DNA of 64,000 bases from Mobula hypostoma. Its lineage: Eukaryota. Position 1 is the first letter of the stretch, and every line of letters begins with the position of its first letter. Below the pieces are notes generated by a model. That model was not told the origin of the DNA, did no database searches, and saw nothing but the letters and a program-made list of their open reading frames with translations. The stretch spans positions 223,884,001 through 223,948,000 of the forward strand of contig NC_086097.1 in the NCBI RefSeq assembly GCF_963921235.1, written 5' to 3'. Shown here in pieces: positions 60,685 to 64,000 of this stretch. The translations under genes were made by a program, and so were the position numbers.

Positions 60685-62310
60685 GAACTGAATAAGTATT
60701 TTGCATCAGTCTGCACGGTGGAAGACACAGGCGTCAGGGGTTTTGATGTGTCTAAAGTTATCATTACTAGGGAGAAGGTTCTTGGGAAACTGGTAGGTCT
60801 GAAGGTAGATAAGTCACCTGGACCAAATGGTGTACACTCCAGTGTTCTGAAAGGGGTAGCTGAAGAGATTGTGGAAGCATTAGTAAAGATCTTCCAAGAA
60901 TCACTAGATTCTGGAATGGTCCCAGAAGACTGGAAAATTGCAAATGTAATTCCACTCTTCAAAAAGGGAGAGAGGCAGAAAAAAGGAAATTATAGGCCAA
61001 TTAGTTTGACTTCAGTGGGTGGGAAGATGTTGGAGTCGACTGTTAAGGATGTGGTTTTGGGGTGCTTGGAGGCACATGATAAAATAGGCCACAGTCAGCA
61101 GTCAAGGGAAAACCTTGCCTTACAAATCTGTTGGAATTCTTTGAAGAAATAACAAGCAGGATAGACTAAGCAGAATCAGGAGATGTTGTGTATTTGGATT
61201 TTCAGAAGACCTTTGACAGGGTGCCACACATGAGGCTGCTTAACAAGCTACGATCCCTTGGTATTATAGGGAAGATTCTAGCATGGATAAATCAGTGGCT
61301 GACTGGTAGGAGGCAAAGGGAGCCATTTCTGGCTGGCTGCCGGTGACTAGAGGTGTTCCGCAGGGGTCTGTGTTGGGACTGATTCTTTTTATGTTATACG
61401 TCAATGACTGGATGATGGAATTGATGGCTTTGTTGCAAGTTTTTCAGGCGATATGAAGATAGGTGGAGGGGCAAGTAGTTTTGAAGAAGTAGAGAGACTT
61501 CAGAAGGACTTAGTCAGATTAGAATGGGCAAAGAAATGGCAGATGGAATACAGTGTCAGGAAGTGTATGGTCATGCACTTTAGTATAAGGAATGAAAAGG
61601 TTAATTATTTTCTAAATAATAGTAACTAACTGAACTATCTCTTCTTCCAGTGAGTCCTGACGAAGGGTCTCGGCTCGAAACGTCAACTGTACCTCTTCCT
61701 AGAGATGCTGCCTGTCCTGCTGCATTCACCAGCATTTTTTGTGTGTGTTGCTTGAATTTCCAGCGTCTGTAGATTTCCTCAAGTTGGCGTATTATGAGCA
61801 GTTTTGGGAAAAAATGTTCTGAAACTCAAGAGGGTTCAAAGGAGGTCCATGACAATGATTCTGGGATTGAATGGCTTGTCGTATGAAGAGTGTTTGATGG
61901 CTCTGTGCCTGTATTCACTGGAATTCAGAAGAAAGAGCGGTGACCTCATTGAAACTTATTGAATGGTGAAAGACCTTGATAGAGTGGATGTTGAAAGGAT
62001 GTTTCCTGTAGTGGGAGAATCTAAGACCAGATGACACAGCTTCAGAATAGAGGGGCGCCCTTTTAGAACAGAGATGAAGAGAAATTTCTTTAGCCAGAGA
62101 GTGGGGAAATTGTGTGGAATTCTTTGCCACAGGCAGCTGTGGAGGCCAAGCCTGTATGTATATTTAAGGCAGAGGTTGATAGATTCTTGACTGGTCAGGG
62201 CATGAAGGGATACAAGGAGAAGGCAGGAGATTGGGGCTGAGAGGAAAATTGGATCAGCCAGGATGAAATGCCAGAGCAGACTTGATAGGCCAAATGGCCT
62301 CCTATGTCTT
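60685..62310 (+). mobile_element. CR1-type LINE RT region, interrupted by a PLE terminal fragment (~61620-61790)
   Basis: KSPGPNGVH...PEDWKIANVIPLFKKG...NYRPISLTS. A hammerhead-like motif lies at 61653-61688. Confidence 0.82.
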
Positions 62311-63386
62311 AATGATCTGTGGAAGGAGTCCAGGCATATGCAATTCAGCTCAGTGTTCATTATCTGCCGGCTGCCTTGATTCAAAATCACGCCAGCTAGC
62401 AACAAAAAAAGGAGTGAGTAGAAACCAGAAACACATCATAGCGTGAACTAGAGTCCAACCCAGAAACGGTGTTGATTTAGCCTTGCTCAAGAACAAGGAT
62501 GACAGCACCATCCTCCGACAGCATTGAAGGAGAGAGGGACCGTCACATAAAGACACCTTCCACCAGCAGCAGCGAGTGACAGGCTGGTCGATGGCACTGA
62601 ACACCCGCTTGCGTCCAACACTAACCTTGGTGATTTCAATCTTCCTTGGCGCGTGAATCGGCGAGATTGATGAGAAATAAAGCCGATGATCAGCTCGCAT
62701 CCCATCTCCAGATTTCCTGGCCTCGAGGCCACGCACTTCACACAAAATCTCAGAGACAGCAAAAATCCAGCTCGCTCAATTGACCCGAAAACACACCACC
62801 AAGATGCAGATCACAGGCTCCAACAGCAGCAGAACCACATTTGAAAGACGTAAAAAAGTGGAAGAAGTAGTTTCGTGAACCGTCTGGAGGCTGTTGCTAT
62901 ATTGTTTGCTGGAAGAGCTCTCTTCCCTGTGTTCGTCATAATACAGAGAACGAGCAGCAGCAAGTTGAGAAAGAGAAGAGAGAGAAGGGTTCTCATCCAC
63001 AGACCCTATCAATGAAAGTGTGGCCCAGGAACAGATTTCCTTTGCGCACCTCGGCAAGATGAAAAGTGCAAGATTATTGTTTTACTCAGGAGATGTTGAT
63101 GGGGAATTGCTACAAGATGCAACCACCAAGCAGGGCAGTGAAACTCATGCTGGCCATCGTAACTGGACTCACCAGGGTGGTGCAATGGAAACCTGCACAA
63201 TTCCTCCATTTCCAGCACACCACTGCAATAGGGAGTTGACAGCAAAATCACACAGTTCTCCAGCTGGGATTCAGAATCAGAATCAGAATATCAATCAGGT
63301 TTAATGTCATTGGCATAAGTCATGAAGTATGTTGTTCTGTGGCAGCACTACATTGCAACACATAAAAAACATAAATTACATTAAGA

Positions 63387-63577
63387 TATAGATATACACA
63401 TATATATATATATATATATATAGATATACATAAACATACACACACATACACACACACACACACATACACACACACAACACACACACATACACATACACAC
63501 ACTCATACACATATACACACACACGTACACACACATGCACACACACACACACACACAGACACACACATACACACACG

Positions 63578-63616
<39 letters not shown>

Positions 63617-63633
63617 ACACACATACACATACT

Positions 63634-63672
<39 letters not shown>

Positions 63673-63865
63673 ATACACACACACACACACATACACACAC
63701 ACTCATACACACACACACAGACACACACACATACACATACACACACTCATACACATACACACACATACACACACACAGACACACACACATACACATACAC
63801 ACACTCATACACACACACACATACACACACACACACATACACACTCATACACTCATACACATACA

Positions 63866-63910
<45 letters not shown>
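63387..63910. repeat. Compound (TA)n/(CA)n microsatellite within a minus-strand LINE 3' tail
   Basis: Directly visible. Flanked by (CAGAAT)n near 63270 and by LINE-tail sequence similar to 48830-49060. Confidence 0.95.
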
Positions 63911-63913
<3 letters not shown>

Positions 63914-64000
63914 AAATTAAATGAGTAGTGCAAAAAGAGACCAAAAAAAAGAGAAAACAAAGAAGTGAGATCATGTTCATGGGTTCATTGTCCATTCAGA

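Noticed and set aside
63320..63995. Cys/Val- and His/Thr-rich ORFs
   Set aside because: They are translations of the (CA)n microsatellite.
1..64000. CRISPR arrays, operons or other prokaryotic systems
   Set aside because: No regularly spaced repeat-spacer array is present, and the content is vertebrate intronic and intergenic DNA.

Overview
Vertebrate genomic DNA, most likely from a ray or other cartilaginous fish (inferred from the repeat families: V-SINEs, CR1, Rex1/Babar, Penelope-like elements). The only host gene I recognise is junctophilin-1 (JPH1) on the minus strand: a 650-nt penultimate coding exon (37768-38417), the transmembrane-anchor exon (34573-34653), a short 3'-UTR intron and a probable ~3-kb 3'-UTR exon. 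Its upstream exons appear to lie beyond 64000. The rest is mostly retroelements: a young Gmr1-like Gypsy element with a deleted but still open ORF, a solo LTR, a full-length L1 nested in Rex1/Babar nested in CR1, SINEs, Tigger and Tc1 remnants, and a tRNA-Lys/LINE-tail chimera. The most striking structure is a Penelope-like family (RT + Cys-rich linker + GIY-YIG) that repeatedly occurs as TSD-flanked fold-back palindromes of about 4.9 kb, 1 kb and 0.2 kb. Both 3' ends face outward, only one arm carries a 34-37-nt tail, and the termini carry a minimal hammerhead-ribozyme motif. All alignments were done by eye, and boundaries of old repeats are approximate.
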